Shown piece by piece: positions 1-13,213 of a stretch of 64,000 bases of DNA. This stretch comes from Eledone cirrhosa (lineage: Eukaryota): NCBI GenBank assembly GCA_964016885.1, contig OZ024756.1, positions 6,572,001 to 6,636,000 on the forward strand, written 5' to 3'. The position numbers and the translations under genes were made by a program. How positions within the stretch are numbered: the stretch's first letter is position 1; each line of letters begins with the position of its first letter. The notes beneath the pieces were generated by a model that saw only the letters and a program-made list of their open reading frames with translations, searched no databases and was not told the DNA's origin.

Positions 1-694
1 CACCTATCTATCTATCTATCCATCCATCCATCTCAGTCTGTAAATCATATAGATACTTTGTCCTTAAGACTCCCCCCCCCCTCCCCAATACACTTTCAAA
101 ACAGAGAAAGTAACCCTAGCCGTATGTCTGTAATTCTTACAATACCATTCCTCTGGTGCCAAGGAAATGTTTTGATCTGTATCTTCCATCCCTAGAATAT
201 CAAAAATCTCCTACACTGTGTACCTAAATGTATTCAATATCACAAATGCTTTATGTTCTAAATTAGCCTTACAATACAACAGAGTGTCGATTGTATATAT
301 ATATATATATATACAATGAAAAAATAGGGAGAAGAATACTGCAGGTTGCACATGGATAACATGTTATAAAATGAGTCCCTCATCAGTGATTTGCCAACGA
401 TCATAGATATTTCATTGCATATATATATATACAAACATAAATTATCGAGATTCGCATTTCGGCCCACGAAATAACGAAAGACAACCTCCGAGATGTGAGG
501 CAAGTGCTCAATGATTCAGATGAAACAGAGCTATAACAAACGTTAAAGGCCAAACACACTGAGACGATGGTTAAACAATCATTCGCACAGCCAAAAAAAC
601 GATCAAGTAATTCGGGTATATGTTTATCCAGCGAATTTTTAACCGTCAAAGTTGTTTTCCATGGTTATGTCACTATTTATAAAAACAAATTTTG

Positions 695-758
695 TATTTT
701 ATCTGATGAAAGCGCACCAAGATTTGCTGATGGCCCTTGAAATATGTATAATAAAATA
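695..758 (+). ncRNA. Type I hammerhead ribozyme in a short Penelope-type (pLTR-like) element
   Basis: Stem I TATTTTAT(695-702)/ATAAAATA(751-758); core CTGATGA 703-709; stem II AAG..CTT; GAAA 739-742; short near-palindromic stem III TATGTA; cleavage triplet AUA (cut after 750). Stem I extends further through 672-686/765-780. Confidence 0.8.
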
Positions 759-892
759 ATTATGGTTTTATAAATATAGTTTCCATTTATTAATATATTG
801 AATATTTACTCCAGAAAACTGTTGAGTGCTCTATATCAGTTATAAACTTTTAAGTTTGTTGGAATCCCCCAAAAATAAATATAACTTCTACA

Positions 893-1025
<133 letters not shown>

Positions 1026-1190
1026 CCGTAGGCAGGGTAAAGGAAAGGAGAGTGCTCTATGTAAGCTACAGAGCTATAAGTTATTAAGTATTTCCCCTTT
1101 ACATTACGTCCGTTATTTTATTTCAGCCTCGCTTTCAATTGTTCGAGACTTTGTTTTGAAATCCATATCTCACATCCGTTTTAAATAAAT

Positions 1191-1262
1191 TTTCATTCTG
1201 ACCAACGATTTCAGACGTCTGGGTCAACACGTCTGTCTTCGTGAAACCTTTGGTAAATGAAA
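1191..1262 (+). ncRNA. Type I hammerhead ribozyme with a core mutation (G8C), probably inactive
   Basis: Stem I TTTCATT/AATGAAA; core CTGACCA instead of CTGACGA; stem II ACGA..CAGACGT..ACGTCTG..TCGT; GAAA 1243-1246; stem III CC-TTT-GG; GUA triplet. Confidence 0.7.
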
Positions 1263-1287
1263 TAATTGTCTTATATTATTTATTACA

Positions 1288-1328
<41 letters not shown>

Positions 1329-1524
1329 AGCGATAGAGAGAGAGTGAGAGGGAGAGAGGGGGAGGGGGAGATGGAGAGAGAGAGGGAGAGAGAGATGGAG
1401 AGAGGGGGAGAGGGAGATAGCGAGAGAGAGAGAGTGAGGGAGATAGCGAGAGAGAGAAATAGAGAAAGAGAGAGAGAGAGAGATTGTTAGTTCCACCACA
1501 AATAAATCAAACCATACTCGAGGA

Positions 1525-2022
1525 TGCGCGTTTCACCGGACGGATTTTCAACCCTTGTATGGATGCGGTGAGAACGGAAGTATATATCAGGTGACTGGAT
1601 GCGGTGACAACTAGGTGCAAATCCCATGGCCACGAATGACGATGGGATTTTCACCTAGAAAGTTCCCCTCCGAGGCTCAAGTCCGTGCAAAATTGTTTGT
1701 GGAAGACCAGTTGTCACCCATACATTCCAGCCTTCCCTTTCCACGTCACTGATGTTGTCCAAGGGAAAGGTAATGGCCGATACAGCTTGGCACCAGTGAC
1801 GTCACATGATATATATTCACTTTATTTATATATATCATATATACACTGTGTATAGTATATATTATACACCATATATGATGATGACGTCACAACATATTTC
1901 TGCAGCTGAGTAAACTCGAGCAACGTGAAATAAAGTGCCTTGCTCAAGGACACAACGCAAATCGAACTCAGAAACTCACGATTATAATCCCGATACTCTA
2001 ATCACTAACCAAGCGCCTTCAC
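1525..2022 (-). mobile_element. tRNA-derived SINE (family B, long form), interrupted by a ~85-bp insertion
   Basis: Minus-strand tRNA-like head (TGGTTAGTGATTAG..GAGTTCGATT) followed by TGTGTCCTTGAGCAAGGCACTT. The insert is flanked by a TGACGTCACA direct repeat (~1797 and ~1882). Confidence 0.75.
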
Positions 2023-2264
2023 ATATATATTAGTGTGTGTGTGTCTGGTTCTAGTACATGTCTAAAATAATCCCTAACTGACCTTACAATATATGATAAA
2101 GCAATTGTGATTTATTCTAAGTTTTATCCTGTTGTGATATGCTTGATATCTTATACAACATTGTGCTTACGAGGTGGAGAAATGATACAGGGTTTATATA
2201 AAGATCGTATAACTGAGATCCTCACAATACCCTCAATATTAGCGTAACCAGTGCCTTATAGAAT

Positions 2265-2585
2265 GAAGTCACGTGGCTTTGTGGTTAGGGTATACGGTTT
2301 ACAATCGTAAGGTCGTGAGTTCGATTCCAGGCAGCGCGCTGTGTACTTGAGCAAGACACTTTATTTCACAATGCTCGAGTCCACTCAGCTGGCAAAAATT
2401 AGATGTACCTGTAATTCGAATGACCAGCCTTGTCACATTCTGTGTCACGCTGAATCTCCCTGAGAACTACATTAAGTGTACGCATGTCTGTGGAATGGTC
2501 AGCCACGTGCACATTAATTTCACGAACACGTTGTTTCGTTGATCGGATCGACTGAACACTCGTCGTTGTAACCGACGGAGTACCT
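2265..2585 (+). mobile_element. tRNA-derived SINE (family B)
   Basis: A box TGGCTTTGTGG, B box GAGTTCGATTCC, then TTGAGCAAGACACTT. Homologous copy at 8737-9180 and a decayed copy near 45830-46070. Confidence 0.85.
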
Positions 2586-2891
2586 CAATCGAATGAATAT
2601 ATTGGGCCTAATCTTAATAGAGTTTAAGTGGTCGATCTCCCAGTTAGAAATAGCAGTGAAATCTCGTATGAACCTCGTATGAATCTCTGTCATAATTAAG
2701 GGAAGGTCACGCTGTAAAATATATTCCAAACTAACAGTGGAACGCTCAGGGACATACACGAAGCTAGAATGATAAAGCTCAATGTAGTGTGTTGAAAGAA
2801 AGAGAATCTAGTTAAGCTGATTATAAATATCAACTATAACAACAAGCCGCTTATTAGGATCACCCTGGAATGGATCTATTTACATAATAGT

Positions 2892-3320
2892 GGTTTCTGA
2901 TTTAGACATAAGGCCAACGATTTTTTAGGAGGCATCGTCGATTAAATCGATCTGAGTGCATTACTGGTACTTTATTTTATCGACCCCGGATGGGTGAAAG
3001 GCAAAGTCAACCTCCGCGGGAATCCATTGACATAATAATAAAAATAATAAATAAATAATTGTTTCTACTTTAGGCACAAGGCCAGCAAATACCCAGTGTA
3101 TTACTGGTACTTTATTTTATCGACCCCGTAAGGATGAAAGGCAAAGTTAACCTCGGCGGGATAAATAAATAAATAATGGTTTCTGATTTAGGTACAAGGC
3201 CAACAATTTGGTGGAGCGAAAAGTCAATTAAATCTACCCCTGTGCATTACTGGTACTTGATTTTATCGGCCCCGGAAAGGAGGAAAGGCAAAGCTAACCT
3301 CGGCGGGATTTGAACTCAGA
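2892..3320 (-). mobile_element. Cluster of three 5'-truncated SINEs (family A)
   Basis: Repeated core, on the minus strand GCCTTTCATCCTTACGGGGTCGATAAAATAAAGTACCAG (resembles the Meta-SINE central domain), with an (AAT)n tail. Confidence 0.85.
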
Positions 3321-3474
3321 TAACCAGTTGATAACATTAAGCAGAGAATGTATACATAATAACCTGAGAGCTTGTAGGGTTCCAGTAATTTTGATAACAA
3401 TAACCTCTGAGTGTAAGTTCAAGTATGAGCGTTAGTGTGTTAAAATATTTTCATGTGTTCAGGTTTGTTTGTTT

Positions 3475-3880
3475 ATCGTGTGTGTGTGTGAGTTTGTCTG
3501 TATGTGAGTTTGTCTGTGTGTATGTGAGTGTGTATGTGTGTGTGTGTGTGTGAGTTTGTCTGTGCATGAGTTTGTCTGTGTGTATGTGAGTTTGTCTGTG
3601 TGTGTGCGTGAGTTTTTCTGTGTGTATGTGAGTCTGTCTGTGTGTGTATGAGTTTGTCTGTGTGTGTGTGAGTTTGTCTGTGTGTGTGTGAGATTGTCTG
3701 TGTGTGAGTCTGTCTGTGTGTGTGTGTGAGTTTGTGAGTGTGTGTCTTTTTGTGTGTGTGTGTCTGTATGTGTGTGTGTGAGTTTGTCAGTGTGTGTGAG
3801 TTTTTGAGTGTGTGTCTGTCTGTGTGCATGTGAGATTGTCTGTGTGTGAGTCTGTCTGTGTGTGTGTATGTATGGGTGTG
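3475..3880. repeat. Imperfect (GT)n-derived repeat
   Basis: Read directly from the sequence. Confidence 0.9.
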
Positions 3881-4315
3881 TTAAAATATTTTCGTATGTT
3901 CAAGTTTCTGCGTATATTATGTGTTTGTGTGTGTGTGTGAGTGTAGATTAATGTGTAAATACGGTTACATTTATATATATGTATGTGTAATAATTTCAGT
4001 CCCTCCTCTCAAATCTGACATTACTGAACATGAAAAATGTGAAAATATAGAAAGAAGTAAATAAAAACACTCCTCCAAAACAAAGAACTTAAACAATCCA
4101 CCCCACATACTCCACCCAACATACTCCACCCCCACTAAAACAACCTAACTCTACACCACACCACCTTTTCTAACCCGAATTCTCATTTCTATTCACACCC
4201 ACGCCCAATTTTAAAGCTGGCAGTCACAAATACGTCTCTTTCTCTTTTGGGGTTTTTTTTTCTGTTGAAGCAACTGCATTTAACATTGTTTTAATGATAA
4301 GATTTTTAGTTAAGA

Positions 4316-4346
<31 letters not shown>

Positions 4347-4358
4347 GAGAGAGAGGGG

Positions 4359-4394
<36 letters not shown>

Positions 4395-4894
4395 TCTGAG
4401 ATTCTGCAGCTGTCTGGCCAGATTTTTGTTAATCTCTGCCAGAAGATTCTCTTTATTTCCGTTCAAGTTTCTTTCACTCCAGACATCCAATCAGACAATC
4501 AAGATTACTCTATAAGAAAAATGTTGTTGGAAAGCATTCCTTGGTCTTGGTGCAAACTAATAATGTAGCCACAATGCTAAGCACGAGTACACAAAAGCAC
4601 TCATCTACAACATTACCAGCGACATGATATTAGCTTCACAAATATTACATACGAAGTGAAAGCCTGTGGCTTTGTTCTTTCGGCGTTTTTTTCTGTCACA
4701 ATCCTAGAGTCATGGGTTCGATAGAAGGCAGCTCGTTATGTTCGTGAGCAAGACACGCCAAGTATTTCCTTCACGGCACAAATTCTAGTTGTTGTTACAG
4801 CTCACACCTATGCAGGTTTAGCTGGCCTCCTCCAAGGTATATCTCGTTGGAGGTGTCTTGGGTAATTTAATGATAGGGACCCCAGTCCTATCAT

Positions 4895-5280
4895 CTCATT
4901 TCTACATCTGAGTGAACTGGAGCAACGTGAAATAAAATGTCTTGCTGAAGGAAACAAGACATCGCCCGGTCCGAGAATTGAACTCACAACCTTTCGATTG
5001 CAAGCCCAATGCTCTAACCACTAAGCCATGCACCTTAACAATTCTAATTAGTGTTTAACCATACAAAATAAGCGTGACTGAGGGGTTAGAGAATTGGCTT
5101 CACAATCTTGAGGTTGTGAGTTCAATTCCCGGACCTGGCGATGCGTTATGTCCTTGAGGAAGACACTTAATTTCACATTGCTCCTTCTACCTCGAGTTAC
5201 GACCGATAGATAGTACTAGCAATTGGAAAGACCGATGGAAGCATTGTTTCCTCGGTCCAATTTGACGTAAGTCGATCGAC
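4895..5280. mobile_element. Two family-B SINEs in divergent orientation (4895-5035 minus, 5072-5280 plus)
   Basis: tRNA heads with GAGTTCAATTC B boxes and TGTCCTTGAG..AGACACTT. Confidence 0.75.
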
Positions 5281-5411
5281 TGTCGATATGTTTATATATG
5301 AGTCCCGTGTTTAATTAGAGGTAACCACAGTAAGGTACTCAATATATTATTATGAAAGAGTTCTAGTCCTGTAGAAAGCATTTCTATATTACATTTTGTA
5401 ATATATATATA

Positions 5412-6057
5412 CTAGCTGACGTACCCAGCTTCGACCGGGTAAACAAATGAATTGCTTTTATTATCTGTATTCATTTCGAGCAATTGTCAAAAAATGACAC
5501 AATAATAAATATAAAAGATGTCCGTCAATGTAAAAAAAGGTCCCTATTTATTCCCTTCACAACTCTGTGTATGTTAGACTGACAGACAGACACAAAGACA
5601 GATAAAGTGCGTGGCGATTGTGGAACGCCGCACTTACACACACACATACACGCATGGAAACGCGCACACGCACGCAAACTTACACACACGCACACACATG
5701 TTGATAGATTTTACTTTCTGTGGAACGCTGCACGCACGCACACACATATAAACATACACACATAAACATACGCGCACGTACATACACACGCACACATGTT
5801 AATAATTAATTGCTTTCCTTCCCTTCTTATTTCCACACACATGTCTCTACACGGACACATATACATAGTGTATCCAACACAGCGTTCACTTTGCCTCTCT
5901 GTTTATTACTCTCCCCTCTCACTCCCTCGTTGGCATTATGCATATTAATTTAAGTTTGGCGTCGTTGAGGTGGCGGAGTCGTTTGAAACCTATGAACCAA
6001 TGATAATCGAGGATTATGACACACGGAATACTGACATTGTTGAAATTAATATATAGA
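5412..6057 (-). mobile_element. Non-autonomous Helitron
   Basis: Minus strand starts A|TCTATATAT at 6057 and ends with hairpin ACCCGGT-CGAA-GCTGGGT followed by CTAG|T at 5412; A/T insertion site; internal microsatellites. Confidence 0.8.
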
Positions 6058-6615
6058 TAAGTATGTTTCAACAGCTAACTCTAGCCAGGTTTGGAACCAG
6101 CTTCTGAAATGGCTAGAGCTCAGCCGTCGAGCTCCAGCTCTTTCTAATATAGTCATACTCAACTATCCCAAGTATCGGGTACTCTATTGAATAATGGTCT
6201 AACTAGTTTAAAACTGGTTTAATCTTGATGTGAGTGTACGTGTGTGTGGGTGTGAGCGTCTGTGGGAGGGTGGTGAGAGTGTGTGTGAGTGTGTGCGTGT
6301 GTTGTGTCTGAGTGTGTGAGTATCTGTGTGAGTGTGTTTGAGTGTGTGTGAATGTGAGTGTGTGTGAGTGTGTGTGTGAATGTTGTGTGTGAATGTGTGT
6401 GTGAGTGTGTGAGTGTAACTGTGTGTGTGTGGGTGTAACTGAGTGTGTGTGAGTGTGTGTGTGAGTGTGAGTGCGTGTGTGTGTGAGAGTGTGTGTATGT
6501 GAGTGTGTGAGTCTAACCTCCGAGTATGAGTGTTGCCGAACATTCTAAAACACTTCTCTTCAAAATAAACGTATAGTGAAACATATGGGGAGCCTTTAAG
6601 TAGTCGCCCAACGTC

Positions 6616-7020
6616 CTAGAAATAGCAGTCACATCCCTTTCATATTAGATCAGCCTATTGTTATTTACTAGAAATAGCAGCCACACCTCTTTCATATTAG
6701 ATCAGCCTATTGTTATTACTAGAAATAGCAGTCACATCTCTTTCATATTAGATCAGCCTATAGTATTACTAGAAATAACAGTCACATCTATTTCATATTA
6801 GATCAGCCTATTGTTATTACTAGAAATAGCAGCCACATCCCTTTCATATTAGATCAGCCTATTGTTATTACTAGAAATAGCAGCCACATCCCTTTTATAT
6901 TAGATCAGCCTATTGTTATTACTAGAAATAGCAGTCACATCCCTTTTATATTAGATCAGCCTATTGTTATTACTAGAAATAGCAGTCACACCCCTTTTAT
7001 ATTAGATAAGCCTATTATTA
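6616..7020. repeat. 51-bp minisatellite, about 8 copies
   Basis: Unit CTAGAAATAGCAGTCACATCCCTTTCATATTAGATCAGCCTATTGTTATTA. Confidence 0.95.
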
Positions 7021-7114
7021 AAATGTCCAATTTGTCGGACGATAAAAAAAAGACACGATTTTATGTCGGCTTCAATGGCTTTGATGCACTTGATCAAAGA
7101 ACGAACTAGGGCGA

Positions 7115-7675
7115 AATAACAACAACAACGGCACTACTACAACAACAACGACACCAACAACAACAAAACAAGAACACAGCAACAGCAGCAACAACAACAA
7201 CAGCAACAGCAACAAAACACCACAACAACAATGACACACCAACAACACCACAAACAACAGCAACAATGACAACAAAGACAAAACAACAACAACAATGACA
7301 CAACAACAATGACAACAACAACGACAACAACAACACGATAACAACAAGAAAACAACACTACCACAACAACATGACAACAACAACAACAACAAAACAACAC
7401 GACAACAACACCACAACAGTGACACACCAACAACAACAACACCACCGCAACAATGACAACAACAATAACAACAACATGACAACAACAACACGACAACAAC
7501 AATGACAACAAGAGTAACAACACGACAACAACAATGACACAATAACAACAGTAACAACAACAATCACAACAACACGACAACAACAATGACACAACAACAG
7601 TAACAACAAGAGTAACAACAACAGTAACAACAACACAACAACAACAATGACACAACAACAAGAGTAACAACAATA
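7115..7675. repeat. Imperfect (AAC)n microsatellite
   Basis: Read directly from the sequence. Confidence 0.95.
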
Positions 7676-7767
7676 AATATATCTGTGTAGAGAGGCCAAT
7701 GTGTTATTGTATTAGAGTGGAAAGTTAGGTGAATATTAGTGACATGTTGCACTGGATGTCATGTAGG

Positions 7768-8036
7768 ACAGATGGAGACTAGACTTGGATACCCACAGAC
7801 ACACACACACACACATACATACACATACATACAGACACACACAGACACACACACACACACAGATGGAGACTAGACTTGGATACCCACAGACACACACACA
7901 CACATACATACATATACATACAGACACACACAGACACACACACATACACACACATACAGACACACACGGAAAGACACATACACACAGAGACACATACACA
8001 GACAGATGGAGACTAGACTTGCATACCCACATACAG

Positions 8037-8084
<48 letters not shown>

Positions 8085-8622
8085 ATACACAGACACAGAG
8101 ACACGGGCAGATGGAGAATAGACTTGGATACCCACACACAGACAGATACACACACACACGCACACATACACAGATATACGTACGTACATAGATATACACA
8201 CACACACACATACATACACACACACACACACAGGTACGCACTCACCCATATACACACACGCTCACACACAGCTATACACTCACACATACATAGAGAGACA
8301 TATACACATCACGATGCAGACTCACACACAGACACACACACACACATACAAGGACATACACACAGCCACTCACAAGCATACACACATAGAGATACATACT
8401 CACACACACATACACACACACATACACATCCTTAAACATACACACACAGGCACACACACATACAAGGACATACACACAGACTCACAAGCATACACACATA
8501 GAGATACATCTCACACACATACACACACACATCCTCAAACATACACACACATACACTCACCCACACGCATACACACACCCACACACGCACATACACACAC
8601 ACAGCCACACACACACACACAG
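7768..8622. repeat. (CA)-rich compound repeat with four copies of AGATGGAGACTAGACTTGGATACCCAC
   Basis: Motif recurs near 7770, 7861, 8004 and 8109. Confidence 0.9.
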
Positions 8623-8736
8623 CCAGTGATATCAGAAAGAGATAACTAAAGAGCTATACTAATAACTAAGATGATTTAGGCGGGAATACGGCCGAATCTT
8701 TTGTCTAATTACAACGGCTGTGTTAATAGATAATGA

Positions 8737-9180
8737 GAAGTCACGTGGCTTTGTGGTTAGGTGTTGGGTTTACAGTCATAAGGTTGAGAGTTCGATTCCC
8801 GGCGTTACGTTATGTCCTTGTGCAAGACACTTGATTTAACGTTGCTCCAGTCCACTCAGCTGGCAAAAATGAGATGTACCTGTAGTTCAAAGTACCTGCC
8901 TTGTCACATTCTGTGTCACGCTGAATCTCCCTGAGAACTACGTTAACAGTACACGTGTCTGTGGAATGCTCAGCCATTTGCACGTTAATAGATGGACTGT
9001 GCCTGTAATTCGAAGAGCCAGCCTGGTCACATTCTGTGTCACGCTGAATCTCCCTGAGAACTACGTTAAGGATACACTTGTCTGTTGAATGCTCAGCCAC
9101 GTTCACTTTAATTTCACGAGCAAACTGCTCCGTTGATCGGATCAACTGGAACACTCATCGTTGTAACCGACGCAGTACCA
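8737..9180 (+). mobile_element. tRNA-derived SINE (family B) with a ~120-bp internal tandem duplication
   Basis: Homologous to 2265-2585; the block GTCACATTCTGTGTCACGCTGAATCTCCCTGAGAACTACGTTAA occurs twice. Confidence 0.85.
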
Positions 9181-9245
9181 GTTATAAATAGCTAATATTT
9201 AATATATAACGTTGAAAGAGATAGAAGGCTGAACAATGCAAATTG

Positions 9246-10301
9246 GTTTCTTATATAAGGCACAAGGTCAGCAATTTGGGAGATGGGGAAAGTCGTTTAA
9301 ATCGACCCCTGTGGGTGACTAACTTCATTTTACCGACCATGTAAGGATGAAAGACAAAGTTAACCTCGGCGGGATTTGAACTCAGATCATAAATGGCCGT
9401 GACTCTATGCCGCAAAGCATGGCATCCGACCCTCTACCGATACTGCCAATCCACTGCCCTAAACAACGCAAACTGGACTGTAAGATGAGGTAACAAAAAG
9501 TAAAAGTTACCTGGTAATCTTTGTTGTTGGTGTTCTTTTATCTGTCCAATATTTCAGGACCTAAAAGTCCCTTCATCAGGGTTTAATGACCCTTCAGTGT
9601 ATAACGTTCCAATTTCCTCTCTTTGGGATACAATTTTGATCTAATTTTTTTCTAAGTCGTTTTCAAGCGGTTTTCGATGGTTCAGCCCTCATGACATTTG
9701 AACTGGGCCGATAGCAAATTCGTTTTCCCGTCTCTAAGGGTCTTCATCCTGTTTTATAAGCTATTTCATAGCATCTCACCGCATGAGAACAACATTCTTT
9801 ATATTACCTTTACCGCCTCAGCGCTTCGGAAAAATTATCCAGTGTATTACTGGTACTTTATTTTATCGGCCCCGTAAGGATGAAAGGCAAAGTTAACCTC
9901 GGCGGGATTTGAATTCAGATCATAAAGGGACGTAACTCTATGCTTCAAAGCATGGTGACCGACTCTCTACCGATACTGCCAATCCACTACCTATGTATTG
10001 ATACAGAATATAATACATATATATATGTATATATATATATGTATTTATGTGTGTGTGTGTATGCATATATATATATATATATATATATCGATTGACTTTC
10101 GTCGAATCGGACCGAGGAAACAATGTTTCCGTTGGTCTTTCCATTTGTTAATACTATCTATCGGGCGCAACTCCAGGTAGAAGGAGCAAAGTGAATTAAA
10201 TTGTCTTGTTCAAGGACATAACGCATCGCCTGGTCCAGGAATCGAACTCACAACCTCACGATTGCGAATCCAATTCTCTAACAACTCAGCCACACGCCTT
10301 C

Positions 10302-10341
<40 letters not shown>

Positions 10342-10692
10342 TATGTATCACTGGTACTTTATTTTATCGACCCCGTAAGGATGAAAGGCAAAGTCAACCT
10401 CGATGGGATTTGAACTTAGATCGTAAAGGGACGTAACTATGCTGCAAAGCATGGCGTCCAACCCTCTACCTTTACAGCCAATTCACCGCCCTTATATAAT
10501 AATAATTGTTTCTACTTTTGGCACAAGGCCAGTAATTAACCAGTGTATTACTGGTACTTTATTTTATCGACTCCGTAAGGATGAAAAGCAAAGTTAACCT
10601 CGGCGGGATTTGAACTCAGATTGGCAAGGGCCGTAACTATGCGTCAAAGCATGGTGTCCGACCCTCTACTGATACTGCCAATCCACCGCCAT
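9246..10692 (-). mobile_element. SINE cluster: family A at 9246-9460, 9836-9990, 10348-10492, 10507-10692; family B at 10092-10302
   Basis: Repeated tRNA heads (GGCGGTGGATTGGCAGTATCGGTAGAG..GAGTTCAAATCCC) and shared cores. Confidence 0.85.
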
Positions 10693-10869
10693 TATATAAT
10701 AATAATAATACATATAATAAAGTGAATGGCGGGTTGCAGCCACGACCACAACAATGTATTTGCTGTGATCTGATGTCGCTGTGGGACTACAGAGTTACTG
10801 GCCCCTTCTTACATAAACTGATGGCTGTCACAGTTGTAGTGGTGGCTTGGAGACAACTGACACTTACAT

Positions 10870-11635
10870 ATAGTCACATAGACTGACACACTGACAGACA
10901 TACTGTCAGACACACTGACAGACACAATGACAGACACAGTGACTGACACACTGACAGACACACTGACTGACACACTGTCAGACACACTGACAATGACAGA
11001 CACTCACTTACACACACAGACACTGAAAGACGGACAGACACACTGACAGACACTGACAGACTGACAGACACACACACACACAGACACACAGACAGACACA
11101 CAGACACACATACACACACGCAGACACACACAGTCACACACACACGCAGACACACACACAGTCACACACACAGACAGAGATACAGACAGACAGACACACA
11201 CACAGCCACACACGTATACACACACACACACAGACACACACAGACAGAGACACAGACAGACACACATACACACGCACAGACACACACACAGACAGACACA
11301 CAGACAGACAGACACAAACACAGTCACACACACAGACACACACACAGAAAGACACACACACAGACAGACACAAACACAGACACACACACAGTCACACACA
11401 CAGACAGACACAAACACAGACACACAGACAGTCAAACACACAGACAGACAGACAGACACACACAGTCACACACACAGACAGAGACACAGACAGACACACA
11501 CACACAGACACACACACAGACAGAGACACAGACAGACACACACACAGTCACACACACTCACACACACAGACACACACACAGACAGAGGCAGACAGACAGA
11601 CATACACATAGACAGAGAGAGAGACAGAGAGAAAG
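10870..11635. repeat. (CA)/(GACA) compound microsatellite
   Basis: Read directly from the sequence. Confidence 0.95.
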
Positions 11636-11777
11636 AGTTACTGGTTGGCTGGTTATATATATATAAGAATACTTATTAAGTAAATCAGAATTTCCCGAAG
11701 CAACGTCGGCTTCCTTCGGTAAACTCCGAGTAACTAGGAACGTATACTCCAGTTTGATATGTGTTATATATAATAAA

Positions 11778-11915
<138 letters not shown>

Positions 11916-12076
11916 GAACCATTTGTTAGGTCTGTCTTACGTTTATTGATTGGTACGCGTATTTCGCTGTTGATCAGCTCAAGGCCCGACTCTGGATTCA
12001 AATGATCATCGGACCTCTGCAATGGTAATGAGTGCTCACCTGACTGAACCAACAGTAACTGCACGTAACACTCCCT

Positions 12077-12136
<60 letters not shown>

Positions 12137-12313
12137 GTATATATGTATATATATATATAAGATAAAAATACTTGAGTGCATTAGAGTCAAACACACTCGT
12201 CGTATTAGAGAAATGACAGTATAAGAGATAGCTCAATGTTATCAAACAGAGCCGAAACATTATATAAATTAACAAATTAACAAAGAAGCCTTTAATACAT
12301 TAAAAATCTTTAT

Positions 12314-12358
12314 TTGCTGACAATGTTTCGTCCCATTAATTAGGATTCATCAGAGCAA
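12314..12358 (-). ncRNA. Minimal type I hammerhead ribozyme (GUC)
   Basis: Minus strand TTGCT-CTGATGA-ATCCT(AATTAAT)GGGAC-GAAA-C(ATT)G-TC-AGCAA, directly followed by AATAAA; the element sits in (TA)n. Confidence 0.85.
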
Positions 12359-12395
12359 GGCTTCTTTGTTAATTTATATATAGGCTTCTTTGTTA

Positions 12396-12427
<32 letters not shown>

Positions 12428-12435
<8 letters not shown>

Positions 12436-12650
12436 AAAAAAGATGAAAACGAAAATGCAACTGGAGTCTTTTTTTTTAATATATTTATTTGGTTCCTTTA
12501 CCGGTTTCGCACTTCTTATGCTTTTCAAAAGTAGAATTGAGATGGAGGGGACTGCGAAACCGGCAAAGGAACCAAAAAAATATATAGTTTAAAAAAAAAA
12601 AAGACCTCGGTTGCATCCGATTTCATCTTTTTTCCTTATACATTCACTCG
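12428..12650. mobile_element. Fold-back short element (same family as 35905-36240) with a U3-A8 hammerhead on the minus strand (12495-12532)
   Basis: Inverted arms TAAGGAAAAAAGATGAAA.. / ..TTTCATCTTTTTTCCTTA; minus strand CTT-TTGAAAA-GCA..TGC-GAAA-CCGG-TA-AAG. Confidence 0.7.
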
Positions 12651-13017
12651 GGTATGTACCTTCACTATCCTGTACCTTCTACCTTAGCCGGTCGCCCTCG
12701 AGTTGCTATTGTAGAAGGTACAAGATAGCGATCGCCCTCGGGTCCTCGATTTTCAGCCCCATGGATTTTATCTATTACATTCACGTATTATATTTCGAAC
12801 CCGGTCATTGAAATGATCATAGTAAAATAAACCTTTCAAGGATTTACACAAATCCAGCCTCCTGTCATTTCATTATATTTAACTCCCTAATAGCACCACC
12901 AACTACAAAAACAAAGACAGTTGAACTGCTTTACGTTGAGTACTCTCTATATTATTACATTACGATTGACCATACGGAATAGACCAGCTCTATACAGTGG
13001 TGAACCTCAAACCTGAA

Positions 13018-13090
<73 letters not shown>

Positions 13091-13177
13091 AAAGTAGAGT
13101 ATAAATATTTAATATAGAAAAGCTTCTTAGAAAAGCTTCTACAGGACTAGAACTGTTTCATTCAGGAGAAATCATCA

Positions 13178-13213
<36 letters not shown>

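Noticed and set aside
2265-2335. tRNA genes at SINE heads
   Set aside because: A and B boxes are present, but there is no full cloverleaf and each continues into a SINE body.
11950-12016. Minus-strand CCGATGA..GAAA-TACGCGTA
   Set aside because: Mutated core and stem I out of register.
13147-13181. Minus-strand CTGATGA-TTTC..GAAT-GAAA (family also at 37110-37190 and 5350-5390)
   Set aside because: The core and stem II are present, but I found no NUH plus stem I pairing.
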